NCBI GenBank assembly: GCA_031268215.1
Contig: JAIRXP010000027.1
Coordinates: 15,529-79,528 of the forward strand
Direction of reading: 5' to 3'
Origin: Bifidobacteriaceae bacterium
Lineage (GTDB): Bacteria; Actinomycetota; Actinomycetes; Actinomycetales; WQXJ01
DNA length: 64,000 bases
This document shows positions 19,032 through 29,661 of this stretch, piece by piece; the stretch's first letter is position 1; each line of letters begins with the position of its first letter. The notes below the pieces were generated by a model. It had not been told where the DNA came from and made no database searches. It worked only from the letters and a program-made list of their open reading frames with translations. A program made the position numbers and the translations under genes.

Positions 19032-19868
19032 GTGACCAAGCCTGCTGACTCCGTCCAGGAGTTCCCTGAGCCGGCGGCCCTAGACGGCCACGGCCCGGCC
19101 CGGGTGATCGCGTTATGCAACCAGAAGGGCGGGGTTGGCAAGACCACCACGTCGATCAATCTTGGTGCCGCGCTGGCGGAATACGGGCGGCGGGTGTTGA
19201 TTGTCGACTTCGACCCCCAAGGTGCCGCCTCGGTGGCCTTGGGAGTTGTGACCAAAGATGATCAACCCACCGTCTATGAAGCCCTGATGAGTTCAGGGGT
19301 GACCCTGACGGACATCATCCACCAAACATCCCACGCCAATCTGGAAGTCGCCCCGGCCAATATTGACCTGTCTGCGGCCGAGGTCCAGCTAGTTGGCGAG
19401 GTAGCCCGGGAGACGGCCTTGGCCCGTATGCTGCGCCCCGTGCTGGACCAATACGATGTCATCCTGATCGACTGTCAACCTTCCCTAGGTCTGCTAACGG
19501 TGAACGCCCTGACCGCATCTCATGGTGTCATCATCCCGTTGGAAACGGAGTACTTCGCCTTGCGAGGCGTGGCGCTGCTGGTGGAGACCATCTCTAAGGT
19601 GGCGGACCGCCTCAACCCGCGCTTGAAGATTGACGGCATCCTGGCCACCATGGTGGATGCCCGCACCCTGCATTCACGCGAGGTATTGGAACGGGTCAAT
19701 GAGGCCTTTGGCCCGCAGGTGTTCGACACGGTGATTGCCCGCACAGTGAAGTTCCCGGATTCTTCCGTGGCGGCAGAACCGATCCTCAGTTTCGCTTCCG
19801 GTCATCCCGGCGCTGAATCCTACCGGCGCCTAGCGCGGGAACTGATCGCTCGTGGCGATGCCGCCTGA
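19032..19868 (+). CDS. ParA/Soj-family ATPase
   Basis: Deviant Walker A NQKGGVGKTTTSINLGAALA, then VLIVDFDPQG and ILIDCQPSLG. It lies immediately upstream of scpA, as is usual in Actinobacteria. Confidence 0.9.
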   Translation: MTKPADSVQEFPEPAALDGHGPARVIALCNQKGGVGKTTTSINLGAALAEYGRRVLIVDFDPQGAASVALGVVTKDDQPTVYEALMSSGVTLTDIIHQTSHANLEVAPANIDLSAAEVQLVGEVARETALARMLRPVLDQYDVILIDCQPSLGLLTVNALTASHGVIIPLETEYFALRGVALLVETISKVADRLNPRLKIDGILATMVDARTLHSREVLERVNEAFGPQVFDTVIARTVKFPDSSVAAEPILSFASGHPGAESYRRLARELIARGDAA

Positions 19869-20661
19869 CCCCAGCGGGCCCCTATCCGCGGCGGACCCGT
19901 TCGCCGTCGCGCTGGACAACTTCACTGGGCCGTTCGATCTGCTGGTGTCGTTGATCGCCAAGCACCAGCTTGACATCACCGAAGTGGCGTTGGCCCAGGT
20001 GACGGATGAGTTCATCTCCTACATTGAGGCCTGGCGCGAAGATTGGCCGCTTTCCCAGGCCTCAGACTTCCTGGTGGTCGCCGCGACTCTGCTGGACCTC
20101 AAAGCGGCCTCGTTGCTGCCCGGAGGGTTGGCCGATTCAGAGGACCTGGAACTCTTGGAGGCCCGCGATTTGCTGTTCGCCCGCCTGCTCGAATACCGCG
20201 CCTTCAAAGAAGTGTCTCAGTCGATAGCTGGCCGGCTGGCCAGCCAGTCCAGCCACGTGCCACGGCTGACTAGCCTCGAACCACAGTTCGCCTCCCTGTT
20301 GCCAGACTTGATCTGGTCTATCGGCCTGTCGCGCTTGGCGGCCATCGCGGCGGCCGCTCTGGGGCGCCGGCCGGAACTGTCCGCGGTGCCGCTGGACCAC
20401 TTGCACGCACCGGCGGTGTCTGTGGCTGAACAGGCGCGGTTGATCTCGCAGCGTCTGGCTGCGACCGGCCGGGTTACCTTTCGTTTGTTGGTGACCGATG
20501 CCGCCGGGTCGCTCAACGTAATAGTCGCCCGGTTCTTGGCCTTGCTAGAGATGTTTCGGGCCGGCCAAGTGACCTTCGAGCAGCCACAGGCTCTGGGCGA
20601 ATTGACCATAGCCTGGACCGGGGCGGCTACGGAACTGGAGATTTCGGAGGAATTTGTGTGA
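19852..20661 (+). CDS. scpA: Segregation and condensation protein A
   Basis: FTGPFDLLVSLIAKHQLDITEVALAQVTDEF is the kleisin N-terminus. The gene overlaps parA and scpB. Confidence 0.88.
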   Translation: MAMPPDPSGPLSAADPFAVALDNFTGPFDLLVSLIAKHQLDITEVALAQVTDEFISYIEAWREDWPLSQASDFLVVAATLLDLKAASLLPGGLADSEDLELLEARDLLFARLLEYRAFKEVSQSIAGRLASQSSHVPRLTSLEPQFASLLPDLIWSIGLSRLAAIAAAALGRRPELSAVPLDHLHAPAVSVAEQARLISQRLAATGRVTFRLLVTDAAGSLNVIVARFLALLEMFRAGQVTFEQPQALGELTIAWTGAATELEISEEFV

Positions 20662-21323
20662 GCGGCATCGGCCCTGATAATCCATGGGAAGACGGGCGGG
20701 AGGACCACCGGCGGGCCCAGCTAGAGGCCGTGCTGATGGTGATAGATCAACCGGCCTCCACGACCGACCTGGCCATAGCGATTGGGCTGCCGGTAGACGC
20801 TACGCGTCACTTGCTGGAACAGTTAGCGGCCGGATACCGGGGAGCCGGCGGCGAGCCAACGCGCGGTTTCGAACTGCGCGAGGTGGGTGGCGGCTGGCGG
20901 ATCTATTCCCACCCTGACCACGCCGAAGTTGTCGAACGATTCGTGCGTGACGGGGCCACCGCCAAATTGACTCAGGCGGCGCTGGAGACGCTGGCGATCG
21001 TGGCCTACAAGGGCCCGCTGTCCCGCGGACGCATCTCTTCGGTCCGCGGAGTGAACGTGGATTCAGTGATCCGTACGCTGACCAACCGCGGCTTGATCGA
21101 GGAGACTGGCGTAGACGAATCCAGCGGGGCCGCCCTGTATGGAACCACCAACCTGTTCCTTGAGCGGATGGGGATCTCGTCGCTGAGCGAACTTGAACCG
21201 CTGACCCCCTATTTGCCGACTGGCCAATCACTCGAAGAGATAAAGGACCAAGTTGAGCCGGCCAGCGACCTAAACAGGCAGGCGGCGGCGGCCCCACCGC
21301 CGGACGGCGGCGACTTGAGCTAG
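20658..21323 (+). CDS. scpB: Segregation and condensation protein B
   Basis: LEAVLMV.DQP, GFELREVGGGWRIY and LSQAALETLAIVAYKGPLSRGRISSVRGV. It has a 4-nt overlap with scpA. Confidence 0.88.
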   Translation: MSGIGPDNPWEDGREDHRRAQLEAVLMVIDQPASTTDLAIAIGLPVDATRHLLEQLAAGYRGAGGEPTRGFELREVGGGWRIYSHPDHAEVVERFVRDGATAKLTQAALETLAIVAYKGPLSRGRISSVRGVNVDSVIRTLTNRGLIEETGVDESSGAALYGTTNLFLERMGISSLSELEPLTPYLPTGQSLEEIKDQVEPASDLNRQAAAAPPPDGGDLS

Positions 21324-21426
21324 CCTTATATGTCGCGGCGCCGGGCCCAGCGGCCTAGCTGTGCCGCGAATTCTGGCAAACTTTCCGCCGCGGTGCTGAC
21401 CGTGGCCAAATCAGGAGTAGTTCTTT

Positions 21427-22308
21427 ATGAGCCCAACGCGCCCACGCCGGACCCCGCGACAGGGGAATCGCGGCCAGGCACGGGATGGCCTGAAGCCGGA
21501 ACGCGGCAGCGCAGGCGGATCTTCGCGGTCCTCCCGGCCGCCCACGGGTCGGCGCCCGCCTCCCCCTGAAGCACCCTACGATGAAGACGGCATACGGCTG
21601 CAGAAGATTCTGGCGGAGGCGGGAGTGGCCTCGCGGCGCGCGGCCGAAGAGATGATCGCCGCTGGACGGGTGGAAGTGGACGGCATCCGGGTGCGCGAAC
21701 CTGGCCTGAAGGTGGATCCCGCCCGGCGCCGGATAGACGTGGACGGGTTCCCGGTCGAAACTGACCCGTCCAAGGTTACTCTGGCGTTGAACAAACCGGC
21801 CGGGGTAATTTCCACCATGGATGACCCGAAGGACCGTCCTACCTTGGCGGCCTTGACTGAGTCCCGTTCCGAACGGCTTTTCCATGTTGGGCGCCTAGAC
21901 CGCGACTCGGAGGGCTTAATTCTGCTGACCAACGATGGCGCCTTCGCCAACGCGCTGTCCCACCCCTCGCATGAAGTCGCCAAGACCTATTTGGTGACCG
22001 TTGAGGGCCGGGTCCGCCCCGGCGTGGGCAAGGTGCTGCGGGAGGGAATCGAACTCGACGATGGCCCGGCCAGCGTTGATTCCTTCCGGCTGGTTGATTC
22101 AATTCCCGGCTACACGCAAATCGAGGTGACTCTCCATTCTGGGCGCAACCGGATTGTCCGCCGCATTCTGGAAGCCGCTGGCCATCCGGTGGTCCGGCTG
22201 GTCAGGACACGCATTGGCACTGTCGCGCTGGGGGATCTGAAACCTGGCAAATGGCGCGTCTTGGGTGGCCCAGAATTGGCTTCACTCAAGAAGGTGGCCG
22301 GATTGTGA
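21427..22308 (+). CDS. rluB: Pseudouridine synthase, RluB/RsuA family
   Basis: Arg-rich N-terminus, an S4 domain (IRLQKILAEAGVASRRAAEEMIAAGRVEVDG) and the catalytic motif HVGRLDRDSEGLILLTNDG. Confidence 0.88.
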   Translation: MSPTRPRRTPRQGNRGQARDGLKPERGSAGGSSRSSRPPTGRRPPPPEAPYDEDGIRLQKILAEAGVASRRAAEEMIAAGRVEVDGIRVREPGLKVDPARRRIDVDGFPVETDPSKVTLALNKPAGVISTMDDPKDRPTLAALTESRSERLFHVGRLDRDSEGLILLTNDGAFANALSHPSHEVAKTYLVTVEGRVRPGVGKVLREGIELDDGPASVDSFRLVDSIPGYTQIEVTLHSGRNRIVRRILEAAGHPVVRLVRTRIGTVALGDLKPGKWRVLGGPELASLKKVAGL

Positions 22309-23573
22309 AGCCGGGCCGGCCGTCTAGGGATCCCGGACCCGCCGGATTGGGCGGGCCTGTTAGTCCGGAGGGACCCGTCACGTCGAACGGGCCCGGCAAG
22401 CCGGATGGGTCCGGTAAGCGGGATGGGTCCGGCCAGGCGGATACGCCGGGGGAGACCGCCCCGGCGCCGGAGGCTCCGCCCGCCGCCACCGCCGGGCCGG
22501 TCCATATTGTTGGTGCTGGGCTGATGGGGGCCTCGGCCGGATTGGCGTTGTCTGGCCAGGGCGTGCTGGTGACGATCGAGGACTCATCGCCCGCCGCGCA
22601 AGCTATGGCGGCGGAAGCCGGTGCGGGCCGCCTACGCCAAGGTGATGATCAAGACCCGGAGCTGGTGATTGTAGGCACGCCGCCGGATGTGACCGCCCAG
22701 GTGGTGGCCCAGCAGTTGGAGCGCTTCCCTGGTGCGACCGTCACGGACCTGGCCTCAGTCAAAGCAATCATCCTGGACGAACTATCCGGCTTGGGGGCGG
22801 ACCTGGGCCGTTATGTGGGCTCTCACCCAATGGCTGGACGGGAGAGGACCGGGGCAGCATCCGCCAGTGCGGACCTGTTCATTGGCCGGGCATGGGCCAT
22901 AGCACCAAGTCCTCTGGCCGGACCCGCCGCAGTCCGCCAAATCAGAGACCTGGCGGCTGATCTAGGCGCCCACTCGGTCTACTTGACGGCGCAGGCCCAC
23001 GACCGGGCGGTGGCACTGGTCTCTCACGTACCGCAGATTCTGTCCACCTTGACCGCCAAACAGCTAATTGGAGCGGAGGAGGCAGCGCTCGAGCTGGCCG
23101 GCCAAGGCCTGCGGGACCAGACTCGGATCGCCGGTTCAGATCCCAATCTGTGGGCGGTCATCCTGGCAGGCAATGGGCCCGCCGTGGCGGCGGTGTTGCG
23201 CCAGGTCCGCGAAGACCTGGACCAGGCCATAACGGCGCTCAGCCTAGGTGCCGGGGAGGAGACCCTGGGCAAGTCACTGGTTGGGCTGGCCGGACTGCTC
23301 ACTGACGGCAACCGAGGCGCGGCCCGCATCCCCGGCAAACACGGCGGCGCGAAGCGGCAATTCGACAAGGTGACAGTGATCGTTCCGGACAGGCCGGGCC
23401 AATTAGGGCGCCTTTTCAGACAAATGGGCAGAATTAGAGTAAACCTCGAAGACTTGAACCTGGAACATGCCGCGGGCAAAGAGTTCGGCTTGGCCGAAGT
23501 CTCGGTGCCGCAAGGAGATGGAGATAGATTGACTCGGCACCTGAAGGCCAAGAAATGGAAGATTGTGTCATGA
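22305..23573 (+). CDS. tyrA: Prephenate dehydrogenase with C-terminal ACT-like domain
   Basis: Rossmann motif IVGAGLMGASAGLAL, then GSHPMAGRE. The GTG at 22305 overlaps the rluB stop (GTGA). The ORF extends upstream to 22251. Confidence 0.85.
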   Translation: MKPGRPSRDPGPAGLGGPVSPEGPVTSNGPGKPDGSGKRDGSGQADTPGETAPAPEAPPAATAGPVHIVGAGLMGASAGLALSGQGVLVTIEDSSPAAQAMAAEAGAGRLRQGDDQDPELVIVGTPPDVTAQVVAQQLERFPGATVTDLASVKAIILDELSGLGADLGRYVGSHPMAGRERTGAASASADLFIGRAWAIAPSPLAGPAAVRQIRDLAADLGAHSVYLTAQAHDRAVALVSHVPQILSTLTAKQLIGAEEAALELAGQGLRDQTRIAGSDPNLWAVILAGNGPAVAAVLRQVREDLDQAITALSLGAGEETLGKSLVGLAGLLTDGNRGAARIPGKHGGAKRQFDKVTVIVPDRPGQLGRLFRQMGRIRVNLEDLNLEHAAGKEFGLAEVSVPQGDGDRLTRHLKAKKWKIVS

Positions 23574-24232
23574 CTGTCATCGCTATTGACGGACCGTCCG
23601 GCTCCGGCAAATCGACGGTCGCCAAAGCCATCGCCACCCAATTGGGACTGGCCTATCTAGATACTGGCGCTATGTACCGGGCGGCGGCGGTCCGCGCCGA
23701 CCACGCCGGGCTGCTAGGTGTGCCTGCAGCGCTGCCTAAACTGGTCGAAGAAATGCCTTTGGAGATCTCTTTGGACCCGGCTAACCAGGTAGTGCGCCTG
23801 GCCGGTCAAGACGTAACTGAACTCATTAGGACCACCGCGGTGAGCGGCATCGTCTCCCAGCTTTCGACCGTGGTACCGGCCCGGCAGGTGCTGGTAGCCC
23901 GGCAGCGCGCTGTGGTAGAGGCCCACCGTGAGCCGGGGATCGTGGTGGAAGGGCGGGACATCACGACGGTTGTGGCGCCCGATGCCGACGTCCGGGTTCT
24001 CATTACGGCTTCCGAACCGGTCCGGTTGCGCCGGCGGGCGCTGGATCAGCACGGCCAAGCGGGCGCTGCCGCGCTGGCCGCGACCGAGGATGAGGTGGTC
24101 CGCCGGGACCGCGATGACGCCACTGTGGCGCGATTCCTGGACGCCCCGCCCGGGGTGACGCTGATTGATTCATCCGATCTGACGGTGGAGCAGACTGTCG
24201 CCGCTGTCCTGGAATTGCTGCCAGCCCGATGA
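23570..24232 (+). CDS. cmk: Cytidylate kinase
   Basis: MTVIAIDGPSGSGKSTVAKAIA..YLDTGAMYR. ATGA overlap with tyrA. Confidence 0.92.
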   Translation: MTVIAIDGPSGSGKSTVAKAIATQLGLAYLDTGAMYRAAAVRADHAGLLGVPAALPKLVEEMPLEISLDPANQVVRLAGQDVTELIRTTAVSGIVSQLSTVVPARQVLVARQRAVVEAHREPGIVVEGRDITTVVAPDADVRVLITASEPVRLRRRALDQHGQAGAAALAATEDEVVRRDRDDATVARFLDAPPGVTLIDSSDLTVEQTVAAVLELLPAR

Positions 24233-24918
24233 CTGAGCCACGGAAACAGGGCCTGCCCAGGGCGTTCCAGGCCGGCATGGCCCGGAGAGTCGCCTGGATA
24301 CTGAACTGCTTGTGGCTGGCCACCAAAGTCACCGGGCTTGAGCACGTCCCACGCAAAGGCCCAGCCATCCTGGCCGGTAACCACACCGGCCTGGTCGATG
24401 GCCCGGTCATACTGGGGGCGGCACCGCGGGGTGTTCACTTCATCATGAAGTGGTCATTGGGCCAGGGATTCGGCGGGCTATTGCTTAAAGCGTCCGGGCA
24501 AGTGCCGCTGGCCAAAGACAATGGCCACGCTGCCTTGCGGACCTGTCTTGGCTTGCTTGAACGTGGAGCGCTGGTGGGGATCTTCCCGGAGGGCAGCCGT
24601 GGGGATGGCAAGATGAGCCAGATTCATCCAGGGGTCGCCTGGCTGGCGGTCAATTCCGGTGCGCCGGTGATTCCGTTCGCCTGCCTGGGCACGCGGCGCC
24701 AAGGCGAAAGTGCGACCCACCTAACGCCCTTTAGACGGCGCGTCTTAGTCTCCTTCGGGCCGCCAGTGGCGTTAGAACTGGACGCGGACGCCTCCCGGCG
24801 CGAGCGGACCGGAGCGGCTCTAGAACAGATCGGCCGCGCCTTGGCGGAGCACGTTGAGGCGGCGGTCGCAGCCAGCGGGATCGCTTTGCCCACTGATACC
24901 GGGAGGAAGAGCGAATGA
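24229..24918 (+). CDS. plsC: 1-acyl-sn-glycerol-3-phosphate acyltransferase family protein
   Basis: NHTGLVDGP is the HX4D motif, with FPEGSRG. It has 4-nt overlaps on both sides. Confidence 0.82.
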   Translation: MTEPRKQGLPRAFQAGMARRVAWILNCLWLATKVTGLEHVPRKGPAILAGNHTGLVDGPVILGAAPRGVHFIMKWSLGQGFGGLLLKASGQVPLAKDNGHAALRTCLGLLERGALVGIFPEGSRGDGKMSQIHPGVAWLAVNSGAPVIPFACLGTRRQGESATHLTPFRRRVLVSFGPPVALELDADASRRERTGAALEQIGRALAEHVEAAVAASGIALPTDTGRKSE

Positions 24919-26348
24919 CGGACAAGACTGACGCCCTGCGTTCGGCCCTCGACGGCTACGCCTTAGAGCCTGAGGACGTTGCGCTCCTCGGCGCTGATGG
25001 CCAGGACCTGGACGTTGAGGCGATCAAGTCCATTGGGGCACTGGCCATAGTGGGACGTCCCAACGTGGGCAAATCGACCCTGGTCAACCGCATCTTGGGT
25101 CGCCGCGCGGCGGTGGTGCAAGACGAACCAGGCGTCACCCGGGACCGGGTTTCCTATCCGGCCGATTGGGCCGGCGCCCATTTCTCGGTGGTGGACACCG
25201 GCGGCTGGGAGGTTGACGCGGCAGGGTTGAGTGCGCGGGTCGCGGAACAAGCCGAATTGGCGATTGGCTTGGCGGACGCGGCGGTGCTGGTGGTAGATGC
25301 AGCCGTTGGAATCACTGACACAGATGAGCGGCTGGTCCAAGTCTTGCGCCGTTCAGGCAAACCGGTGGTGCTTGCGGCGAACAAAGTGGACGGTGCGCAG
25401 GGCGAACCGGAGGCCGCCGGACTGTGGGGATTGGGGCTGGGGGAGCCGCATCCAGTCTCAGCGTTGCACGGCCGGGGAGTGGGGGACTTGCTCGATTCAG
25501 CTGTCGCCGCTCTGCGCCAAGCGGCAGCGCCCGGTCTGGTGTTGGCGGATCCGCCAGGGGTGCGGCGGGTGGCGCTGATCGGACGGCCCAACGTGGGCAA
25601 GTCCTCTTTGCTGAATAAGCTGGCTGGTGCCGAGCGGTCGGTGGTTGACCCGCTGGCCGGCACTACCCGCGATCCGGTCGATGAATTGGCCGAATTGGAT
25701 GGGCGCCAATGGCGGTTCATTGACACTGCCGGCATCCGTCGGCGGGTCCAGCGTGTCCAGGGAGCCGATTTCTACGCTTCGTTGCGCACCCAGGCCGCAG
25801 TTGAGCGGGCTGAGGTGGTGGTGGCGTTGATCGACTCATCGGAAGAACTGGCGGAGCAGGATGTCCGTATTTTGCAAATGGCTTCTGAGGCTGGGCGGGC
25901 ACTGGTGATCGGCCTGAACAAATGGGACCTGATGGACCCGGAGCGCCGGTTCTATCTTGAGCGGTCGGTGGAACTTGACTTGGCGCCCTGGAGTTGGGCG
26001 CCGCGGGTGAACATTTCGGCTTTGACGGGCCGGCGGGTTGACCGGCTGGCCGGCGCTCTGGACACGGCCCTGGCCGGTTGGGAAAGGCGGATCACCACGG
26101 GTCAGCTAAATTCCTTCTTGGGGCAACTGGTGGCGGCCCATCCGCATCCTCTGAGGTCCGGCAAGCAGCCGCGCATCCTGTTCGCTACCCAGGCGGCGGC
26201 TCGCCCGCCACGCTTTGTACTCTTCGCTTCAGGTTTCTTGGAGGCTCCCTACCGCCGTTTCATTGAGCGCTCCTTGCGCGAGTCATTCGATTTCACCGGC
26301 ACGCCGATCGAGATCTCAGTCCGGGTGCGAGACAAGCGCCGCCGCTAG
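24915..26348 (+). CDS. der: Ribosome-biogenesis GTPase Der (EngA), double GTPase domain plus KH-like C-terminus
   Basis: Two P-loops ([12 protein letters not shown] and [12 protein letters not shown]), DTGG and DTAG motifs, and two NKxD motifs. Confidence 0.95.
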   Translation: MTDKTDALRSALDGYALEPEDVALLGADGQDLDVEAIKSIGALAIVGRPNVGKSTLVNRILGRRAAVVQDEPGVTRDRVSYPADWAGAHFSVVDTGGWEVDAAGLSARVAEQAELAIGLADAAVLVVDAAVGITDTDERLVQVLRRSGKPVVLAANKVDGAQGEPEAAGLWGLGLGEPHPVSALHGRGVGDLLDSAVAALRQAAAPGLVLADPPGVRRVALIGRPNVGKSSLLNKLAGAERSVVDPLAGTTRDPVDELAELDGRQWRFIDTAGIRRRVQRVQGADFYASLRTQAAVERAEVVVALIDSSEELAEQDVRILQMASEAGRALVIGLNKWDLMDPERRFYLERSVELDLAPWSWAPRVNISALTGRRVDRLAGALDTALAGWERRITTGQLNSFLGQLVAAHPHPLRSGKQPRILFATQAAARPPRFVLFASGFLEAPYRRFIERSLRESFDFTGTPIEISVRVRDKRRR

Positions 26349-26376
26349 CTCCACTAGGTGAACAGAACCTTGACGA

Positions 26377-26437
26377 ATGAGCCGAGTTTCGCCTACTCGG
26401 GGTTCCCGCAAGAGATCCGACCGTAGGGAGGAGATTT
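26377..26437. repeat. Copy B of the recurring intergenic element (3' module)
   Basis: 46 of 61 positions are identical to 8942-9002. It contains the perfect hairpin CCGAGT-ttcgcct-ACTCGG and lies 29 nt after the der stop. Confidence 0.75.
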
Positions 26438-26489
26438 TGCGGGGCCGTCTAGCTGCCCCCTGGGAATCAGTGGACCCGTCCGGTAAAGT

Positions 26490-27020
26490 GTGGGCGTGGT
26501 TGATTGGATTCTGTCGAAGCCGTTTGTGCTCGCCTTCGCGTTCCTGACCGCAGTCGCTTGTGTTCGTTCCCAATGCACTTATTGGCTGGGGCGCGCTGTG
26601 CGGGCCGGTGTAGTTCGGACCGCCTGGGCGGAGCGAATGACCAGCCGTGGCGCTGAGCGCGCTCGCGACAAGCTTGAGCGTTGGGGCTGGCCGGTTATCC
26701 CGGTTAGCTTCCTGACCGTTGGATTCCAGACGGCCGTGAATCTCTCGGCCGGTTTGATTGGCTGGCATTGGTGGCGGTACACGTTGGCCGCCGCGCCCGG
26801 TTGGCTGATGTGGGGGAGCGTGTACGCGACGGGCGGGCTGGCCGTCTTCGGGGCGATCGCCTCCGCCGCCCAGGAATCTCCCATGCTAGCGGCGGCGATC
26901 ATTCAATCCATCGTTGTGATCATCGTCAGCGCGGTGGCCTGGACGCGCTATCGCGCCTCACGCAGGGCCCAAAGCGGCGGCCATGAGGATCAGGTCCACC
27001 GAGCGGTCCAAGCCGCCTGA
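26490..27020 (+). CDS. DedA/VTT-domain family membrane protein
   Basis: Small polytopic protein with YWLGR..., WGWPVIPVSFLTVGFQTAVNLSAGL typical of the DedA/SNARE-associated family (by recall). Confidence 0.6.
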   Translation: MGVVDWILSKPFVLAFAFLTAVACVRSQCTYWLGRAVRAGVVRTAWAERMTSRGAERARDKLERWGWPVIPVSFLTVGFQTAVNLSAGLIGWHWWRYTLAAAPGWLMWGSVYATGGLAVFGAIASAAQESPMLAAAIIQSIVVIIVSAVAWTRYRASRRAQSGGHEDQVHRAVQAA

Positions 27021-27248
27021 CCAGCGAAGCCGTCCGTCTCGCGTCGGCGGAGGCACCGGCCGGGCCTGGCGGGCGTTAGCGGTGGGTCAAATCATTGTTA
27101 CGAGTGGGTTTCAGCGCCACTCGCGGTGGTCTTCACACTTTCGGCACGCTTATCCTTGGGCTAGCAAGACGCCCATCGCAGCAGACCGCCAGATGTGGCA
27201 CTGAGCCCCGTTCCGGCTAAGCGGGACGGCTGAAAGGAAGGCTTCACC

Positions 27249-28715
27249 GTGGAGGATTTCTCTACCATTGTCAGCACGATTGATGACTTTGTCTGGAGCG
27301 TATGGCTGCTCATCCCGTTGTTGTTCATCACCGGCCTGGTGTTGACGATCCGGCTGAGGGGCCTGCAGTTCACCAAGCTCTGGCCCGCGCTAAAGCTGGG
27401 TCTGTTCAAGCGTAGGGACCCCGGAGCCAAGGGAGACATTTCCCAGTACCAGGCACTGACCACGGCTTTGGCGGCCACGGTCGGTGTGGGCAACATTGTT
27501 GGCGTGTCCACGGCGATTGGGATTGGCGGGCCAGGGGCGCTGTTCTGGATGTGGGTGACCGGGCTGCTGGGCATGGCTTCGAAGTATGCCGAGGCCTTCT
27601 TAGGATCGAAATACCGCGAGACAGATTCCCGTGGGGAGGTTGTAGGTGGCCCGCAGGTTTACCTGCAAAAGGCGATCTCCGGGAACCTGGGCAAGATCCT
27701 GGCGATCTTGTTCGCGGTCTTCGGTGCGCTGGCGGCCTTCGGTATTGGCAACGGGACCCAAGTCGACGCGATGGTCAAAGGGATGAATGACGCCTTCGGC
27801 CTGGACCAGATGTTCACCGGTGTGATCATCATGATCCTGGTCGGGCTGGTCTTGATCGGTGGCATCAAGTCGATCGGCAGGGTGACGGCATCCTTCGTGC
27901 CCTTCATGATTGTGGTCTACATCCTGGCTGGGACCGTGATTCTGGCCATGAACGCGGCATCGATTCCGGCGGCCCTGGGAATGGTTTTCACCCATGCCTT
28001 TACCGGCAGCGAAGCAGTGGGCAACTTTGGAGGCGCGGCCGTAGGCTTGGCCATTCAACGTGGCATGGCCAGAGGCATGTTCTCAAATGAGTCGGGGATG
28101 GGTTCGGCGGCGATCGTGGCTGCGGCCGCACAGACCTCTCATCCGGTGCGGCAGGGCCTCGTGGCGATGACCCAGACGTTCATTGACACCATCATCGTGG
28201 TGTCCTTCACCGGTTTGGTGATCTTGTCGACCGGTGTGTGGAAGGAAGCACCGCTGGACAAGACTGGTGCGCGTGATGACACTGGCCTGACGCACGCGGC
28301 CTTCGCTGACACGATTGGGTCGTCCGTCGGGCCGCGGATAGTCGTCATCTGCGTGGTGTTCTTCGCGCTTTCGACGGTCCTGGGGTGGTCATATTACGGC
28401 GAGCGCTGTGCCGTGCGCCTGTTCGGGATCAAGGCGCAGATGCCGTACCGGGTGCTCTTTACGGCACTGATCGTGGTGTGGACGGCTTTCCCGGCGGAGA
28501 CCATCTGGGATATCGCGGATATCCTGAACGGCCTGATGGCGCTGCCCAACCTGATTGGCTTGCTCATCCTCAGCGGCATGATCGCCCGAGAGACGAAGCA
28601 TTATCTTTCTCAGGACCCAGATCTAACGAAGAACAACGTCAAGCCGTCAAAACTGGAGGCGATTTCCTTCAACGTCGTCTGGGTGCGGGCGCCGAAACGA
28701 GTGTCGCACCGGTAA
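27249..28715 (+). CDS. Alanine/glycine:cation symporter (AGCS family)
   Basis: N-terminus FVWSVWLLIPLLFITGLVLTIRLRGLQF, plus GDISQYQALTTALAATVGVGNIVGV and SNESGMGSAAI motifs. Confidence 0.9.
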   Translation: MEDFSTIVSTIDDFVWSVWLLIPLLFITGLVLTIRLRGLQFTKLWPALKLGLFKRRDPGAKGDISQYQALTTALAATVGVGNIVGVSTAIGIGGPGALFWMWVTGLLGMASKYAEAFLGSKYRETDSRGEVVGGPQVYLQKAISGNLGKILAILFAVFGALAAFGIGNGTQVDAMVKGMNDAFGLDQMFTGVIIMILVGLVLIGGIKSIGRVTASFVPFMIVVYILAGTVILAMNAASIPAALGMVFTHAFTGSEAVGNFGGAAVGLAIQRGMARGMFSNESGMGSAAIVAAAAQTSHPVRQGLVAMTQTFIDTIIVVSFTGLVILSTGVWKEAPLDKTGARDDTGLTHAAFADTIGSSVGPRIVVICVVFFALSTVLGWSYYGERCAVRLFGIKAQMPYRVLFTALIVVWTAFPAETIWDIADILNGLMALPNLIGLLILSGMIARETKHYLSQDPDLTKNNVKPSKLEAISFNVVWVRAPKRVSHR

Positions 28716-28816
28716 GCGGAGCAGGCGACCGCTTGGGTTCCCTCAGCGGCCAACGTTGCACGCCGGAGCGTGTTGTCGGCCTGGCCGGATGCGCGCTGGT
28801 TGGGAGGCCGGCAGAG

Positions 28817-29578
28817 TCAGCCGGGATAACGTGGTAGCCCGTCTGGTCCAATCTGCGGTTCCGCCGGTGGCATTGGTGTGGACAAGGGCGGCGGTACGCC
28901 GGGCCCACCCGGCGCTTGGCCATAGCCGGGGGGAGCGTACGCTCCGCCGGGCTGGCCGTATCCAGCCTGACCGTATGCTCTGCCTTGGCCGTATGGCTGT
29001 CCATACCCCCCGCCAGGCTGCGCGTACCCACTAGGGCGGCCGCCGAATCCACCCGGCGGCACAGCGTCAAAGCGGGCTCCCTCCGGCTTGGATGGCAGGA
29101 TGCACATGATCAAGGGAACTATTCCCAAGCCAGCCAAGCTCAGTAGGTAGAACGCCCCGGAGTAGCCGGCGTCATGCAGCCGCCGCCAGTAGAGGGCGAG
29201 CGAGGGAATGAAAGTGCCCAGCGTCCACACCATGACCAGGCCCGCGGAAAGCAGCACCGGGCCGGTCGGATCCGGTACGTAGTAGTACGGGTCCGTATAG
29301 CCGTAGCCAAAGGGGTTGGTGTTGTTTTCCAGGTCGATGCTGTTCATCATCGCTACGACGGCGCCCATGTACCAGAGAAGGGCCGGGATCGCTATGACGG
29401 TCGAGATGATCTGGTTGACCAGGAACCACCACCAGAACTCGGACCGTGAAGCGCGCCCGGAGAAGGTCACGTACTTCTTGAAGAATCGGGCTATGGCGAC
29501 GCCCAGCGAGGCGCCGTAATAGGGCTGGTCTAGCCTAACGGGAGCGCTTGGCCCCATCTGAGGAGCAGGAATAGTCAT
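28817..29578 (-). CDS. DUF805 family membrane protein with Gly/Tyr/Pro/Gln-rich C-terminal tail
   Basis: GRASRSEFWWWFL..., WRRLHDAGYSG is the DUF805 signature. The tail reads GYGQPYGQGRAYGQAGYGQPGGAYAPPGYGQ. The likely start is the Met at 29578. Confidence 0.78.
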   Translation of the reverse strand: MTIPAPQMGPSAPVRLDQPYYGASLGVAIARFFKKYVTFSGRASRSEFWWWFLVNQIISTVIAIPALLWYMGAVVAMMNSIDLENNTNPFGYGYTDPYYYVPDPTGPVLLSAGLVMVWTLGTFIPSLALYWRRLHDAGYSGAFYLLSLAGLGIVPLIMCILPSKPEGARFDAVPPGGFGGRPSGYAQPGGGYGQPYGQGRAYGQAGYGQPGGAYAPPGYGQAPGGPGVPPPLSTPMPPAEPQIGPDGLPRYPG

Positions 29579-29661
29579 GGGCTCATTGTCCCATGGCCGG
29601 GCGCTGACGCTCGCCAAGGGCAAACGCGGGCCGCTGCGAGGGAAAGAACTCGTCGGCACCA

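Noticed and set aside
27021-27248. A glycine riboswitch upstream of the alanine/glycine:cation symporter, a common association.
   Set aside because: I could not find the conserved GGAGAG...CACCGAAGGGGCAA...CTCTGGAGAG-type cores in the 228-nt leader. Only a generic GGAGGCACCGGCC string is present.
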